A stretch of 64,000 nt of DNA from an uncultured Kiritimatiellota bacterium (GCA_934621385.1 CAKTUI010000004.1:18451-82450); one strand, 5' to 3'; counted from the stretch's first letter, positions 8,249 through 18,229 are shown. A program made the numbers and translations. The notes: generated by a model not told the origin, from the sequence alone.

Positions 8249-9766
8249 ATGGACACGATTAAAATATTCGATACAACGCTGCGAGACGGCGAACAGGCCC
8301 CCGGCTACTCAATGAACCTCGAAGAGAAGGTGCGCATGGCCCTTCAGCTTGAGGCCCTCGGCGTGGATGTCATGGAAGCCGGCTTCGCCATCGCCTCCAA
8401 GGGTGACTTCGATTCCGTCAAGGCGATCGCCGATGCCGTGAAGACCTCGTCCGTCTGCTCCCTCGCTCGCGCCCTCGAAAAGGACATCGACGCGGCGACG
8501 GATGCCATCGCAACGGCCGTCCATCCGCGCATCCACACCTTTATCGCGACCAGCGATCTGCACCTCCAGTACAAGCTGAAAATCAGCCGCGAGGACTGCC
8601 TGAGCCAGATTCGGAAGGCCGTCTCCTACGCCCGCAATCGCTGCGCCGAAGTCGAGTTCTCGGCCGAGGATGCCTCGCGCACCGATCCCGAGTTCCTCTG
8701 CCAGGCGGTCGAGACCGCCATTGCCGCCGGCGCAAGCGTCGTGAACATCCCCGACACCGTCGGCTACGCAACCCCCGAGGAGTTCGGCCGGCTGATTCGG
8801 ACGATTCACGACAACGTCAAGGGAATGGACAAGGCCGTCATCTCCGTCCACTGCCACAATGACCTCGGTCTCGCCGTCGCCAACACGTTTGCCGGCATCG
8901 AGAATGGTGCGCGGCAGGCCGAATGCACGATTACGGGCATCGGCGAGCGCGCGGGAAATGCCGCGCTCGAAGAGATTGCCATGGGCCTGCGCACCCGTGC
9001 GGACTTCTACAAGGGCTTGAGCTGCGGCATCCATACGGAGGAAATCGCCCGCACGGCGAAACTGCTCTCGACCATCACCACGGTCAAGATTGCCCCCAAC
9101 AAGCCCATCGTTGGCGCGAACGCCTTCGCCCACGAGAGCGGCATTCACCAGCACGGTGTCCTCTCGAAGGCCGAGACCTACGAAATCATGACGCCAGAAT
9201 CGGTCGGCATGCAGAAGACGGAGCTCGTGCTCGGCAAGCACTCAGGCCAGCATGCGCTCGAAACGCGCCTCCACGACCTCGGCTACGACCTCACGCCCGA
9301 GCGCATCAAGGAAGTCTTCGAGGCCTTCAAGAACCTCGCTGACCGCAAGAAACGCATCACCGACCGCGACCTCGTCGCACTGGCCGAGTCGCACGTCGCC
9401 TACAAGCCCAGCAGCACCAACGGCTGGAAGCTCGACTCGTTCGTCGTGAACAGCGGCAACCACATGAGCGCCACGGCCCAGGTCACCCTGACGAAGGGCG
9501 ACCAGAAGGTGCTGGAAGCCGCCATCGGCACCGGTCCCATCTACGCCTCGTTCAAGGCGATTGAGAAGATTATCCACCACAAGTTCGTGCTGGAGGACTA
9601 CCGAATTGACGCGGTGACCGAACACCGCGACGCCCTGGGCGAAGTGCTTGTCAGGATTTCGGACGAGAACGGCTCCTACCGTGGGCGCGGCGTTTCGACG
9701 GACGTAATCGAGGGCTCGATCCTCGCCTTGCTGGTGGCGGTGAACCGCATGATGGAGGGTAAGTAA
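8249..9766 (+). CDS. leuA: 2-isopropylmalate synthase
   Basis: ORF 8228..9766 trimmed to the ATG at 8249 ([19 protein letters not shown]). [12 protein letters not shown] motif and a C-terminal LeuA dimerisation/regulatory region are present. Confidence 0.9.
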   Translation: MDTIKIFDTTLRDGEQAPGYSMNLEEKVRMALQLEALGVDVMEAGFAIASKGDFDSVKAIADAVKTSSVCSLARALEKDIDAATDAIATAVHPRIHTFIATSDLHLQYKLKISREDCLSQIRKAVSYARNRCAEVEFSAEDASRTDPEFLCQAVETAIAAGASVVNIPDTVGYATPEEFGRLIRTIHDNVKGMDKAVISVHCHNDLGLAVANTFAGIENGARQAECTITGIGERAGNAALEEIAMGLRTRADFYKGLSCGIHTEEIARTAKLLSTITTVKIAPNKPIVGANAFAHESGIHQHGVLSKAETYEIMTPESVGMQKTELVLGKHSGQHALETRLHDLGYDLTPERIKEVFEAFKNLADRKKRITDRDLVALAESHVAYKPSSTNGWKLDSFVVNSGNHMSATAQVTLTKGDQKVLEAAIGTGPIYASFKAIEKIIHHKFVLEDYRIDAVTEHRDALGEVLVRISDENGSYRGRGVSTDVIEGSILALLVAVNRMMEGK

Positions 9767-9767
9767 G

Positions 9768-11030
9768 ATGAGCATGACGATGACGCAGAAGATTCTCGCG
9801 GCACACGCGGGAAAGAAGGAAGTCCACGCCGGCGAACTGGTGATGGCGAAACTCGACCTCGTGCTCGGGAACGACATCACGACGCCCGTGGCCGTCGGGG
9901 AGTTCCCGAAGTTCGGTCGCGAGAAGGTCTTCGACAAGACGAAGATTGCCCTTGTCCCCGACCACTTCACGCCCAACAAGGACATCAAGGCCGCCGCGCA
10001 GTGCGCCTGCATGAGGGCTTTCGCCAAGTCCCAGGAAATCAAGAACTACTTTGAGGTCGGCCACGACTGCGGCGTTGAGCACGCCCTTCTGCCTGAAAAG
10101 GGCCTCGTCACGGCGGGCGACCTCATCATCGGGGCCGACAGCCACACCTGCACCTACGGTGCGCTCGGGGCCTTCTCGACGGGCGTCGGTTCGACGGACA
10201 TGGCCGCCGGCATGGCCGCCGGCGAGACCTGGTTCCGCATTCCCTCGGCCATCAAGGTCGTGCTCACCGGCAAGCCTCGGCGGTATGTTGGCGGAAAGGA
10301 TCTCGTCCTCCACCTCATCGGCATGATTGGCGTTGACGGTGCGCGCTACCAGTCCCTCGAATTCACGGGGCCGGGCGTTGCCGAACTCACCATGGACGAC
10401 CGCTTCACTGTGGCCAACATGGCCATTGAGGCCGGTGCAAAGAACGGCATCTTCCCCGTGGACGCGGCAACCCGCGCCTATCTCTCCGAGCACGGCGCGA
10501 AGGAGCCGACGGTTTACGAGGCCGATGCCGACGCGGAATACGTTCGGACGATTGAAATCGACCTCGGCGCACTTAAGCCGACCGTCGCTTTTCCGCACCT
10601 TCCGTCCAACGTGCGCACGATTGACGAGGTCGGCGACATTGCCATTGACCAGGTTGTCATCGGGTCGTGCACGAACGGGCGCATCAGCGATCTCCGCATC
10701 GCCGCCGATGTCCTGAAGCGCCATACGGTCGCCCCCGGCGTTCGCTGCATCGTCATCCCCGCGACCCAGAAGATCTATCTCCAGGCTGTGGAGGAAGGTC
10801 TTGTGACCCAGTTCGTTCAGGCCGGTTGCGTCGTCTCGACCCCGACCTGCGGACCGTGCCTCGGCGGCTACATGGGCGTTCTGGCGAAGGGCGAACGGTG
10901 CGTCTCGACGACGAACCGAAACTTCGTCGGCCGCATGGGACACATCGAATCTGAAATCTACCTCGCCTCGCCGGCCGTTGCCGCCGCGAGCGCCATCACG
11001 GGTAAAATCTCTGCACCGGAAGGAATCTAA
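9768..11030 (+). CDS. leuC: 3-isopropylmalate dehydratase large subunit (420-aa short type)
   Basis: [12 protein letters not shown]..., [23 protein letters not shown] and TCGPCLG aconitase-family Fe-S motifs. Starts 1 nt after the leuA stop. Confidence 0.9.
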   Translation: MSMTMTQKILAAHAGKKEVHAGELVMAKLDLVLGNDITTPVAVGEFPKFGREKVFDKTKIALVPDHFTPNKDIKAAAQCACMRAFAKSQEIKNYFEVGHDCGVEHALLPEKGLVTAGDLIIGADSHTCTYGALGAFSTGVGSTDMAAGMAAGETWFRIPSAIKVVLTGKPRRYVGGKDLVLHLIGMIGVDGARYQSLEFTGPGVAELTMDDRFTVANMAIEAGAKNGIFPVDAATRAYLSEHGAKEPTVYEADADAEYVRTIEIDLGALKPTVAFPHLPSNVRTIDEVGDIAIDQVVIGSCTNGRISDLRIAADVLKRHTVAPGVRCIVIPATQKIYLQAVEEGLVTQFVQAGCVVSTPTCGPCLGGYMGVLAKGERCVSTTNRNFVGRMGHIESEIYLASPAVAAASAITGKISAPEGI

Positions 11031-11033
11031 CGA

Positions 11034-11534
11034 ATGAACGCACAAGGTAAAGCATTCAAGTACGGCGATAACGTCGACACCGACGTCATCATCCCCGCAC
11101 GGTATCTCAACACGCCCGACCCGAAGGAACTCGCGGCGCACTGCATGGAGGATATTGACGCAGGCTTCGTAAAGGCCGTCAAGCCCGGGGACGTGATTGT
11201 CGCCGGTCGCAACTTCGGCTGCGGCAGTTCGCGTGAACACGCGCCCATCTCAATCAAGGCGAGCGGCGTGGCCTGCGTCATCGCCGCCAGTTTTGCACGC
11301 ATCTTCTACCGTAACGCGCTGAATGTCGCGCTCCCCATCCTCGAATGCCCCGAGGCCGCCGCCGCCATTGCCGCTTGCGACACCGTTTCGGTGGACTTCG
11401 AGACGGGCCGCATCACCGACGAGACCAGCGGTCAGACCTTTACGGCCGAGCCCTTCCCGCCATTCATGCGCGACCTGATCGCCGCTGGTGGACTCGCCGC
11501 CTACCTGAGCAAGAAAGGAGCGATGAACGCATGA
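11034..11534 (+). CDS. leuD: 3-isopropylmalate dehydratase small subunit
   Basis: 166 aa. [14 protein letters not shown] and [13 protein letters not shown] motifs. Confidence 0.9.
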   Translation: MNAQGKAFKYGDNVDTDVIIPARYLNTPDPKELAAHCMEDIDAGFVKAVKPGDVIVAGRNFGCGSSREHAPISIKASGVACVIAASFARIFYRNALNVALPILECPEAAAAIAACDTVSVDFETGRITDETSGQTFTAEPFPPFMRDLIAAGGLAAYLSKKGAMNA

Positions 11535-12610
11535 AGAAGACGATTGCCGTTATCCCCGGGGATGGCATTGGTCCCGAGATTGTCGCCGAAGCCATGAAGG
11601 CACTCGCCGCCGTCGGCAAGCGCTTCGGGCACACCTTTGACATGACCGTCTACCCCGTCGGCGGAGCCGCCTACGACTTGTGCGGGGATTGCCTGCCCGA
11701 CACGACGCTCGCCGCCTGCCGTGCGGCGGATGCGATTCTGCTCGGTGCCGTCGGCGGGCCGAAATGGGACGCTCTGCCCGCCGAGAAGCGGCCCGAACGC
11801 CGCGCCCTTCTTACGCTCCGCGCCGAACTCGGCCTCTACGGCAACCTGCGCCCCGCCAAGGTCTGGCAGGCCCTCAAGGGCGCGAGCCCGCTGAAGGACG
11901 AGATCGTCAACGGAGGAATCGACGTCCTCGTCGTCCGCGAACTCACGGGCGGCATCTACTTCGGATCGCATGAGCGTGCGGCGGACGGCAAGTCCGCCCG
12001 GGACATCATGCCCTACTCCGTCGCCGAAATCGAGCGCATTGCCCGCATCGCCTTTGAGGCCGCCCGCAAGCGCAATCGCCGCGTGACGAGCGTGGACAAG
12101 GCGAATGTCCTCGCAACCTCCCGCCTCTGGCGCGAGACGGTCACCGCCCTGCAGGCGAAGGACTATGCCGATGTCGCCCTTGACCACATGTATGTCGACA
12201 ACGCCGCCATGCAGCTCGTGCGCAACCCGTCCCACTTTGACGTGCTGCTCACCGAGAATATGTTCGGCGATATTCTCTCCGACGAGGCCTCGCAGATTAC
12301 CGGCTCCATCGGTATGTTGCCGTCCGCGTCGCTCGGCGAGGGTGGACACGGACTGTACGAGCCAATCCACGGTTCGGCCCCCGATATTGCCGGCAAGGGC
12401 ATCGCGAATCCGCTTGCGACCATCCTTTCCGTCTCGCTGATGCTCCGCCATTCCTTTGGACTGGTCGCGGAGTCGGATGCCGTCGAGAAGGCCGTTGAGG
12501 CCGTCATTGGGCGCGGCGTTCGCACGGTGGACATCGCCGGAAGCGACTCCGCCGCCGTCTCGACCTCCGAAATGGGCACGGCCGTGGCCGATGAAATCCT
12601 CGTCTCTTAG
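11531..12610 (+). CDS. leuB: 3-isopropylmalate dehydrogenase
   Basis: ORF 11345..12610 trimmed to the ATG at 11531 (ATGA overlap with leuD). [29 protein letters not shown] and [12 protein letters not shown] motifs. Confidence 0.9.
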   Translation: MKKTIAVIPGDGIGPEIVAEAMKALAAVGKRFGHTFDMTVYPVGGAAYDLCGDCLPDTTLAACRAADAILLGAVGGPKWDALPAEKRPERRALLTLRAELGLYGNLRPAKVWQALKGASPLKDEIVNGGIDVLVVRELTGGIYFGSHERAADGKSARDIMPYSVAEIERIARIAFEAARKRNRRVTSVDKANVLATSRLWRETVTALQAKDYADVALDHMYVDNAAMQLVRNPSHFDVLLTENMFGDILSDEASQITGSIGMLPSASLGEGGHGLYEPIHGSAPDIAGKGIANPLATILSVSLMLRHSFGLVAESDAVEKAVEAVIGRGVRTVDIAGSDSAAVSTSEMGTAVADEILVS

Positions 12611-12633
12611 TCGACGAAGTGGAAGAAAAGAGA

Positions 12634-12677
12634 AATTGCGCGTGGTTGGCTATTCCAACCACGCGCAATTCTTTTGG
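12634..12677. terminator. Bidirectional rho-independent terminator between convergent leuB and the PyrK-like gene
   Basis: AATTGCGCGTGGTTGG (12634-12649) / CAACCACGCGCAATT (12656-12670), 6-nt loop. CTTTTGG follows downstream and an AAAAGAGAA run lies upstream (a U-tract on the other strand). Confidence 0.7.
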
Positions 12678-12701
12678 ACTTCAGTCCCTTCGCGCTGCCG
12701 A

Positions 12702-13487
12702 TTAGTCCCAGACGAGATCCTCGGCCCTGAACACTGGTCCTTCGATACAGCAGCGCGAATTGCCGCGCACGGTCTTCTGAATGCACGCGTAGCAGGCCCC
12801 AACACCGCACACCATGTGGCGATCCATCGAAATCCATCCCCGCGACCTTGTCCCTGTCGAACGCAGGGCGACGGCCTTCAACATGCCGTCCGGCCCGCAG
12901 GCGAAGAGTTCAAAGGGCTTGCGCATCTCGCGCAGACGGATGAGTTCATCGTCAAGCGGATCGGTCACGAGTCCCTTGACACCCGCGCTGCCGTCGTTCG
13001 TCGCCGCATGGACGGCCACGCCCAGCGCGGCAAACTTGTCCAGTGCGAGCAAGTCGTCCTTCGTTCGTCCACCGACGAAGAGCGCAATGTCATCACGCGA
13101 AACGCCATTCGCAAGCAGTCGCCTCGCAAGGAAGTAGAGCGGGGCAACGCCAAAGCCGCCGCCCACCAAAAGTGCCGCGCCCGCACATTTGACGGGAAAA
13201 CCGTGTCCAAGCGGCCCGAGGACCGAGATCGTGTCCCCGACCTGTACGCCGTTCAGCGCAGCCGTGCCGCGCCCGACTGTCTTGTAGAGAACGAACACCT
13301 TGCCGTCCTCCGCATTGAAGACGGAGAACGGACGACGCAATGCACTCGCCTCCAGGGCCGGGACGCGCACATGGACGAACTGCCCGGGCTGCACTTCCGC
13401 CGCCATCTTCGGTGCTTCAAAGACAAGATAACGATAGCCGCTCCCAATTTCCTCGTGAACGACGACCTTGCACTTCTCATCCAGCAT
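12702..13487 (-). CDS. PyrK-like FAD/NAD-binding, 2Fe-2S electron-transfer subunit (dihydroorotate dehydrogenase B type)
   Basis: 261 aa. RRPFSV (RxxS FAD motif), GGGFGVAPL and C-terminal MVCGVGACYACI cluster motif. No pyrD is adjacent, so the partner enzyme is uncertain. Confidence 0.65.
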   Translation of the reverse strand: MLDEKCKVVVHEEIGSGYRYLVFEAPKMAAEVQPGQFVHVRVPALEASALRRPFSVFNAEDGKVFVLYKTVGRGTAALNGVQVGDTISVLGPLGHGFPVKCAGAALLVGGGFGVAPLYFLARRLLANGVSRDDIALFVGGRTKDDLLALDKFAALGVAVHAATNDGSAGVKGLVTDPLDDELIRLREMRKPFELFACGPDGMLKAVALRSTGTRSRGWISMDRHMVCGVGACYACIQKTVRGNSRCCIEGPVFRAEDLVWD

Positions 13488-13521
13488 GATACACTTCCTT
13501 TCCTATCCCTTTTCCCTTTGA

Positions 13522-14145
13522 CTATTCGACGGACTTCACTCTCACCAAAACCGACTTCAGGCTCTGCCACATGGATGTCTTGATGGCCTTCACCTTCGGG
13601 GTCACGGGACCGAATCGAAGGATGAATTCAGGCGAATAGGTCACCAGGACATTCCGGATGCTCCCCTTCTCAATCCACTGACCGGGTGCACCGCCTACGC
13701 TCGGGAACCACTTCTTGAGCGCATTGCCGCCCAAGACAACGAGCACCTTCGCACGGGGAATCGCCCCGTCACAAATGATGGGAGCCGTCTCGGGCATCTT
13801 GCCAAGTGCCGCGATAATCTTTGACATCATCTCCGTTCCGCCGGGCGAAAGCGGCCTGTCGTGCAGGAAGACGAAGTCGTACCGTCCAGACAATGCCGCA
13901 GGCGCGGCGGACTTGGGTGGAGCGGAGGGTGTACGCACCTCCCTCGGCACGGACGCATCACGACGCGGCGGAACGGGTGCGTGAGCAGATCCCGAAGTGG
14001 AAGCCGTGGCCGTCGGCGCGGCGAACCGTGGCTTTTCGAGAGGCGAAAGCAACTCTCGCGCACATTCAACGGAACGAACACCGAGCTCACGCTCCAGCGC
14101 AAGCTCGGCTTCGAGTCCATCAAGAATGTAGTCGAGGGCGGTCAC
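13522..14145 (-). CDS. Uracil-DNA-glycosylase-superfamily (family-4-like) protein with degenerate catalytic motifs
   Basis: 207 aa. The C-terminal ~130 aa follow the UDG fold pattern (YDFVFLHDRP...KVLVVLGGNALKKWFP...VLVTYSPEFILR). However the GE(A/G)PG and HPS positions read DRPLSPGG and YSPE. Confidence 0.45.
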   Translation of the reverse strand: MTALDYILDGLEAELALERELGVRSVECARELLSPLEKPRFAAPTATASTSGSAHAPVPPRRDASVPREVRTPSAPPKSAAPAALSGRYDFVFLHDRPLSPGGTEMMSKIIAALGKMPETAPIICDGAIPRAKVLVVLGGNALKKWFPSVGGAPGQWIEKGSIRNVLVTYSPEFILRFGPVTPKVKAIKTSMWQSLKSVLVRVKSVE

Positions 14146-15179
14146 GCCTGCTTTGGCTTATTGTACCCGTACGGGTTCTTCTTCTGCCAACGCCAGGTGT
14201 CTTCGCACATTTCCTCAATGCCGCGCTCGGCCTTCCAGCCAAGCTCCTTGAGTGCCAGTGCCGGATCGGCCCAGCACTCGGCGATGTCGCCGGGACGACG
14301 GGGGCAAATCTTATAGGGAACAGGACGACCCGAGGCCTTCTCGAAGGCCTTCACAATCTGAAGGACCGAATAGCCGTGCCCCGTGCCAAGGTTGTAGATC
14401 TTGAGTCCGAGCGTCGGCTCCTTCTCAAGTTTCTCAATCGCCTTGAGATGCCCAATGGCGAGGTCGACGACATGGATGTAGTCGCGAACGCCCGTGCCAT
14501 CCGGGGTCGGATAGTCGTTGCCGAACACGTTGAGTTCGGGACGGCGACCAATGGCGACCTGCGCGACGTAAGGCAACAAGTTGTTCGGGATGCCAGCCGG
14601 GTCTTCGCCAATCAGGCCGGACTTGTGCGCCCCAATCGGATTGAAGTAGCGGAGGAGAATGACATTCCACGACGGATCGGCCTTCTGGACGTCACGGAAA
14701 ACCTGCTCCATCATCAGCTTCGTCCAACCATAGGGGTTCGTGCACCCCGGCGTCGGGAAGTCCTCGCGAATCGGCACGGACGGCGGCTGACCGTAGACCG
14801 TCGCCGACGACGAGAAGACTATGTTCTTGCAGTTGTGCTCACCAAGGCACTTGAGCAACGTAAACGTTCCGCCGAGATTGTTGTTGTAGTACTTCAGGGG
14901 AATCTTCGTCGATTCGCCAACGGCCTTGAGCGCGGCGAAATGAATCGTCGCCTGGAAAGGAGCCTCCTTATCAAGAATCTCGTTCAGTTTCTTCTCGTTG
15001 CGGATGTCGACCTTGTAGAATGTCGGCGACTTGCCAGTGATGCGTTTGACGCGAGCCAGCGACTTCTTCGAACTGTTGCACAGGTTGTCGACGACAACCA
15101 CCTCATGCCCCGCATTCAGGAGCTCCACGACTGTATGGCTACCGATGAAGCCGGCACCGCCCGTCACAAGAATCTTCAT
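14142..15179 (-). CDS. galE: UDP-glucose 4-epimerase
   Basis: ORF 14142..15218 trimmed to the ATG at 15179 (MKILVTGGAGFIGSH Rossmann motif). NPYGWTK (YxxxK). 345 aa. Confidence 0.85.
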   Translation of the reverse strand: MKILVTGGAGFIGSHTVVELLNAGHEVVVVDNLCNSSKKSLARVKRITGKSPTFYKVDIRNEKKLNEILDKEAPFQATIHFAALKAVGESTKIPLKYYNNNLGGTFTLLKCLGEHNCKNIVFSSSATVYGQPPSVPIREDFPTPGCTNPYGWTKLMMEQVFRDVQKADPSWNVILLRYFNPIGAHKSGLIGEDPAGIPNNLLPYVAQVAIGRRPELNVFGNDYPTPDGTGVRDYIHVVDLAIGHLKAIEKLEKEPTLGLKIYNLGTGHGYSVLQIVKAFEKASGRPVPYKICPRRPGDIAECWADPALALKELGWKAERGIEEMCEDTWRWQKKNPYGYNKPKQA

Positions 15180-15206
15180 TGCAGAAATGTCCTTTCGTTG
15201 GAGGAT

Positions 15207-15215
15207 ATTATACCA
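15207..15215 (-). promoter_or_regulatory. Extended -10 promoter (TGGTATAAT on the minus strand) for galE
   Basis: Reverse complement of 15207-15215 is TGGTATAAT, 27 nt upstream of the galE ATG. Confidence 0.5.
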
Positions 15216-15224
15216 CAAACCGCC

Positions 15225-15460
15225 TGCTCGTGGGTTTGCGCAAAGCTGCCGCTCGGTCTCGGCTGCCCTGCCTCGGCGGTTATCACTGGTTGCGAACGGA
15301 GACCACTCCTACGGCTGCGAGCCGCACCGCACCTCTCGTGCGACCGCCGCGCGCGCCCCCTCACCCGAGAGGAAGGGCAAGCCGCACACAGGCACCACAC
15401 GGCAGAAGGTTCTGCCGGCCTGCCGTCCGGCAGGCCCCGCCCATTCAGCCTGCCGCGCTC
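15225..15460. repeat. Intergenic ~290-bp repeat family, copy 2 (internal ~45-bp deletion relative to copies 1 and 3)
   Basis: TGCTCGTGGGTTTGCGCAAAGCTGCCGCTCGGTCTCGGC...CCTCGGCGGTTATCACTGGTTGCGAACGG...CTCACCCGAGAGG...CTGCCGTCCGGCAGG...CTGCCGCGCTC. Same orientation as the other copies. Confidence 0.7.
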
Positions 15461-15491
15461 CGACTATCCCACGCGGGGCCGTTTGGATTGA

Positions 15492-17594
15492 TCACGGAAG
15501 AGTCGACAGACTCGGACTATTGATATTGGCCGGGGAAACGGTGATGGTTTCGATACCATCACTCCTTTTGCCGCTCACGCGACGGCCATCCGACAAGGCC
15601 ACATTCTCAAATGAAACATCTTTCCATGCTTTCGGGCATCCTCGAAAGTAATACGCCTCGCCATCAATTTCGTGAACAAGCAACTCCATGACAGCTGTCG
15701 CCGCACCGCATTGCCCATCCATCTGCATCACACGCCGCCCATCACCAAAGGTCGTGAAACCATCGAACACCGCATTGTGATGCGAACCATGCCCCTCATC
15801 GCAGAAATACGCATCCCATGCTCGGAGCATCTCCACAGCGGCAATCGCATTCCCCGCATCCGTCTGCAAGATGGATGCCCACGGCACGCACCATCCCGTC
15901 CAGAGTCCAGTCCCCTGCCGCGTCCAGTTTCGATAGGTTGACAGGAGGATGTCACCGTTCGCACCCTGTCCACGCGGAATCACGTCAAAGGGATAGATCC
16001 CGGCCATGTGCGAATGGTGTCGATGGCTTTCGGTCAGGTTCACACCCTCGAAGATGCCGATGGACAACTTCGTCGACCCATCCGACAAGGAGTAACGCGG
16101 CAACCGCTTCTCAACATCTATCCAGCGTGGATCTGGCTGGACTCCCAGACTTTTCGCCGCTTCAATGAGATCTCGGGAAAGACGGTGGCAAACCGCCAAC
16201 TGAAAACTTGGATTACGCCCGACGGCGCGGTGGAAGTCACTGCCCATCCATTCGGGACTCGGTCCAAACGGGAGGGCAAGCGTACCATCCGACGATTCCT
16301 CCATCATCGCAAGGTAAACATTCATCGCCCCCGTCATGAAGTCGTAGGCCGACTCACGCAAAAAATCCACATTCCCCGAATAGCGGACATAACGAAACAT
16401 ATTCACCGCCATCCAGGCCGTCGAAGCATGGTCAATCGTCCCCGTCCAAAAGCCGCCGATGCAAACGCCGCGATCATCGACCGAGTGCGGCAGGACATAG
16501 CCGTTCTCGAGGCCGACAAACTTCCGCGCATTTTCCCGAAGTCGCGGCCGCCAGGAGAGAATCATGCGAAAAAGTGGCATGAGGTTCTCGAAGTGCCCGC
16601 TTCGATAGGCCGGCGAGTAGCACTCCTGAACATTGATGTTAAAATGGTAGTCTCCATTCCAGGGCACGAGTCGGTCATTCTCCGTCCAGGGTCCCTGAAG
16701 GCCCGCCGGCACACCATCCGGGTCGGTCATCGCACCAAACCGGTAGATGCCGTAGTCAAAGATTCGTTGCAGGACAGGGTCAGGCACGGACACCCGCGCC
16801 CCCGTCGCCCAAAAGTGCGCCCAATTTGTACGCGACTCCTCCATGATGCGCACAAAGGGAACGGCCTTCATCTGCGGCGCATCACCACGGCGCGTCGCAA
16901 CCAAGAGTTCCCGACCATTCCGAATAAAGTCAAGCGAGACGGACGGATCGGCCGGGAGCGACCAATCAAAGCCATTCGGTCGCATCGTCGGCCGTGTGAA
17001 CCCGATGGGCTCAAGCACTCGCCGAACGGATGACTGCGACATTGCCGGAAAAGTCGAAACCGAATAGGCGAGCCCATCTGGAAAGCGAATCGCAAAGGTT
17101 CGCGAATCCTTCGACATGGCGAATTCAAGGAGTCGACCGTCGGCGAGGGCAATCGTCCCCACGCCTGTTCGTGTATTGAGTTCGCCATGGTGAAGCCTTG
17201 CCCCAGGCATCTTGACGACAACGCGCCCCAACGGCAGTAGGTAGGGATTTCGCGGTTCGCCCGCAATCGGATTTCGAGTAAAAAGACCGAGCAATCGCTC
17301 CTTCTCACCTGACCGCCAAAGGCTGACGATGTTCGTATAACTCTGTTCTTCCGTCCACGGATAGCCACCTCGATGATCCCAAAGATCCGACCGACCGACG
17401 GTCAGTCGCAGTTCATCGTCACCACCCCAGACAAGAACCCCCGTCACGCCGTCGGCAAATGCCATCCCCTCATGGCAATTTCCAAGGCGTGGGAAGTCCC
17501 AATAGACGCGCCCCTCCGCCTCGCCTGTCGCCGCGCCAACGGCACTTGCAATCGACAGCCCAAGAACGAGCACCAGCTTTCTGCAGTCAACCAT
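15492..17594 (-). CDS. Secreted glycoside hydrolase, GH95-like six-hairpin family
   Basis: ORF 15492..17996 trimmed to the internal ATG at 17594, which opens a signal peptide (MVDCRKLVLVLGLSIASAVGAATG). LGNCHEGMAFADG...SDLWDHRGG and GDYHFNINVQECYSPAYRSGHFENLMPLF resemble GH95 N-terminal and catalytic-domain signatures. Confidence 0.6.
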   Translation of the reverse strand: MVDCRKLVLVLGLSIASAVGAATGEAEGRVYWDFPRLGNCHEGMAFADGVTGVLVWGGDDELRLTVGRSDLWDHRGGYPWTEEQSYTNIVSLWRSGEKERLLGLFTRNPIAGEPRNPYLLPLGRVVVKMPGARLHHGELNTRTGVGTIALADGRLLEFAMSKDSRTFAIRFPDGLAYSVSTFPAMSQSSVRRVLEPIGFTRPTMRPNGFDWSLPADPSVSLDFIRNGRELLVATRRGDAPQMKAVPFVRIMEESRTNWAHFWATGARVSVPDPVLQRIFDYGIYRFGAMTDPDGVPAGLQGPWTENDRLVPWNGDYHFNINVQECYSPAYRSGHFENLMPLFRMILSWRPRLRENARKFVGLENGYVLPHSVDDRGVCIGGFWTGTIDHASTAWMAVNMFRYVRYSGNVDFLRESAYDFMTGAMNVYLAMMEESSDGTLALPFGPSPEWMGSDFHRAVGRNPSFQLAVCHRLSRDLIEAAKSLGVQPDPRWIDVEKRLPRYSLSDGSTKLSIGIFEGVNLTESHRHHSHMAGIYPFDVIPRGQGANGDILLSTYRNWTRQGTGLWTGWCVPWASILQTDAGNAIAAVEMLRAWDAYFCDEGHGSHHNAVFDGFTTFGDGRRVMQMDGQCGAATAVMELLVHEIDGEAYYFRGCPKAWKDVSFENVALSDGRRVSGKRSDGIETITVSPANINSPSLSTLP

Positions 17595-17861
17595 CAAGCC
17601 ACCACTCCGTGCAAGCCATTCAGAAGCGCGGCAGTTTGGTCCGCGAATCGATTCGCCCGCCTCGGCCGCCTTGCGGATAGCCCCCGGTACGGCCGTATGG
17701 TACAAGAAGTCGACAACGCCCTCGACATCCGAACGGCATGCGTGGTCGTAGCCCTCGGCAATGTCGACCTTCGAGACGACCTCCAGCTCATTTCCCTGCG
17801 CAGCGAGGTCGCACAACTTGCGGCCCATGCGTCCGGCCGCACCCAAAATCGCAATCTTCAT
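17595..17861 (-). pseudogene. 5' remnant of dapB (4-hydroxy-tetrahydrodipicolinate reductase), open in frame into the GH95-like gene
   Basis: From the ATG at 17861: MKIAILGAAGRMGRKLCDLAAQGNELEVVSKVDIAEGYDHACRSDVEGVVDFLYHTAVPGAIRKAAEAG. This is the DapB N-terminal NAD(P)-binding segment. The following GTTG and catalytic/tetramerisation parts are missing; the frame continues with unrelated residues into the hydrolase signal peptide. Confidence 0.5.
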
Positions 17862-17901
17862 GTTCGTTTCTTTCCTTTGTCGCCCTTGGCGGATGGAGAG
17901 G

Positions 17902-17910
17902 AGTGTACCA
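17902..17910 (-). promoter_or_regulatory. Extended -10-like promoter (TGGTACACT on the minus strand) upstream of the dapB remnant / GH95-like gene
   Basis: Reverse complement of 17902-17910 is TGGTACACT, 40 nt upstream of the ATG at 17861. Confidence 0.4.
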
Positions 17911-17940
17911 CATTCCGCCGTCGGCGGCAATAGGACCGCG

Positions 17941-18229
17941 TGCTCGGGGGCTTGCGCGGCGGCTCGCCCGACCCGGATGCGGCGGCAATCTCGCAACGCC
18001 TTTCACGCGTCGACAAGCAGCTTCACTGAGTCTGCCCTGCCTCGGCGATTATCACAGGTTGCGGACGGTGACCTCTCCTACGGCGGCGAGTCGCACCGCA
18101 CCTCTCGTGCGACCACCGCGCTCACCCCACTCGCCCGAGAGGAGGAACAGGCCGGCTACAGGTGGAACGCGGTAGATGGTTTTACCAGTCTGCCGTCCGG
18201 CAGACCACACAAACTGCCGCGCCCGCGCC
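17941..18229. repeat. Intergenic ~290-bp repeat family, copy 3
   Basis: TGCTCGGGGGCTTGCGCGGCGG...TTCACGCGTCGACAAGCAG...CCTCGGCGATTATCACAGGTTGCGGACGG...CTCCTACGGCGGCGAG...CTCGCCCGAGAGG...CTGCCGTCCGGCAG...CTGCCGCGCCCGCGCC. Confidence 0.7.

Noticed and set aside
8115-8315. The 66-aa ORF overlapping the leuA start.
   Set aside because: It is out of frame with leuA, starts at a TTG inside the leader uORF, and has no RBS. The region is explained by the leader/terminator and the leuA 5' end.
15492-17996. Taking the 834-aa ORF at face value as a bifunctional DapB-hydrolase protein.
   Set aside because: Only ~70 residues of DapB are present (no catalytic or tetramerisation part). A complete signal peptide starts at residue 135, which would be non-functional internally. 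It is better explained as a pseudogene stump plus a separate secreted hydrolase.
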